DNA of 53,256 nucleotides from a bacterium UBP8_UBA817 (GTDB lineage Bacteria; Margulisbacteria; Marinamargulisbacteria; UBA817): NCBI GenBank assembly GCA_002296285.1, contig DBHX01000049.1, positions 1 to 53,256 of the forward strand, read 5' to 3'. Shown piece by piece: positions 49,762 to 53,256 of this stretch (position 1 is its first letter; each line of letters starts with the position of its first letter). The notes under the pieces were generated by a model. It saw only the letters and a program-made list of their open reading frames with translations, ran no database searches and was not told where the DNA came from. The position numbers and the translations under genes were made by a program.

Positions 49762-49887
49762 GAACCCCTGACTAAAAAAAAGCTTGGCCGGCCCCACTAA
49801 CAATTCTCTGAGGCAAGTGGCTGATGACTTAATTAATTCATCCAGTCACTGTATACTTATATCATCATACATTATGGGGGGGGGAAC

Positions 49888-50212
49888 ATGCATGCATTGG
49901 GGCGCCTTGGTGAACAGATTGCCATGGATTATTTAATATCAAACGGTCATTCAATTATTAAAAAAAATTTTTATACTCGCTTTGGGGAAGTTGACATATT
50001 CAGTAAGATCGGAAATCGACTTCATGCTATTGAAGTAAAAACATATCGTCAAGCATACCTCCCAATTGGTTATAAAATTAATTGGAAAAAGCAACGACGC
50101 ATGATCAAATGCACACAAATATTTTTGGATCGATTTAATTTATGGACGTTTTATGTGCAGTTTGACCTGATCATCGTTCATGGTGATCAGGTCACGCACA
50201 TGGAAAATATAT

Positions 50213-50232
<20 letters not shown>
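49888..50232 (+). CDS. yraN: YraN-family (UPF0102) putative endonuclease
   Basis: LGRLGEQIA, NF..RFGEVDI, IEVK, FD, ENIF; typical rnhB neighbour. Confidence 0.88.
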
Positions 50233-52907
<2,675 letters not shown>

Positions 52908-52916
52908 TATATTGTC

Positions 52917-53256
52917 CTATGATGAGAAAAGCGATGAACACTCATTGATTGCAGCTTCAATTTTCGATTTAATGTCATCTGTTAGTACCTTTTCAGACTC
53001 TAATTGATCCAAGACATCGGCATGCTCCATTTGAATAATTGAAAATAATTCTTTTTCAAATGAACGAACTTTATCTACAGGGACATTATCGAGAAATCCA
53101 TTAATTGCAGCATAAATAATGGCAATTTGTTGAGAAATTCGAAGTGGCGAATACTGATCTTGTTTTAAGATCTCGATTAATCGTTTTCCTCTTTCTAATT
53201 GCTTTAATGTGGCTTTATCCAAATCAGAACCAAATTGTGCAAAAGCTTCCATCTCC
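52917..53256 (-). CDS. atpA: ATP synthase F1 alpha subunit, C-terminal part (truncated by window edge)
   Basis: EAFAQFGSDLD..L.RG.RL.EILKQ.QYSP; upstream of atpG. Confidence 0.95.
   Translation of the reverse strand, partial: EMEAFAQFGSDLDKATLKQLERGKRLIEILKQDQYSPLRISQQIAIIYAAINGFLDNVPVDKVRSFEKELFSIIQMEHADVLDQLESEKVLTDDIKSKIEAAINECSSLFSS

Noticed and set aside
49815-49835. GCTGATGAC resembling the 3' part of a fluoride riboswitch
   Set aside because: No upstream GGCGATGG-like element or matching tail; downstream gene yraN is not a typical target.

Overview
A 53 kb AT-rich bacterial chromosomal segment, mostly intact housekeeping genes: tetrapyrrole synthesis (hemL, hemC, cobA-hemD), LPS export (lptB, one lptF/G), metK-cinA-recA-rny-ymdB, a partial dcw cluster (murE-mraY-murD-ftsW-murG), a SigB/F-type sigma factor, thiE, valS-folC-rdgB, panD-lysA-cdaA-panB-cysS, rpmF-plsX-fabHDG-acpP-fabF-rnhB-yraN and the end of the atp operon. 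Firmicute-like order (cinA-recA-rny-ymdB), cyanobacteria-like traits (extended ThiE, lysA-cdaA) and outer-membrane genes suggest a diderm Terrabacteria lineage related to Cyanobacteria, possibly Margulisbacteria (inference only). Unusual elements: (1) a broken eukaryotic-type Ser/Thr kinase whose unannotated tail carries a textbook APC/C destruction box (RRALGDITN), a CDK site and basic NLS-like patches; (2) a roughly 1,000-aa orphan gene with a Ser-rich N-terminus, split by an IS5-family element and two frameshifts; (3) an uncalled FliF C-terminal-ring-like protein with a signal peptide, coupled to a TPR-SPOR-like protein behind a sigma-28-like promoter; (4) MurE fused to a degenerate MurF; (5) an NDH-2-cNMP-TPR fusion; (6) a tandem FabZ with catalytic His and Glu split between its halves; (7) recurring leaderless promoter architecture. 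No rRNA, tRNA or CRISPR array was recognised.
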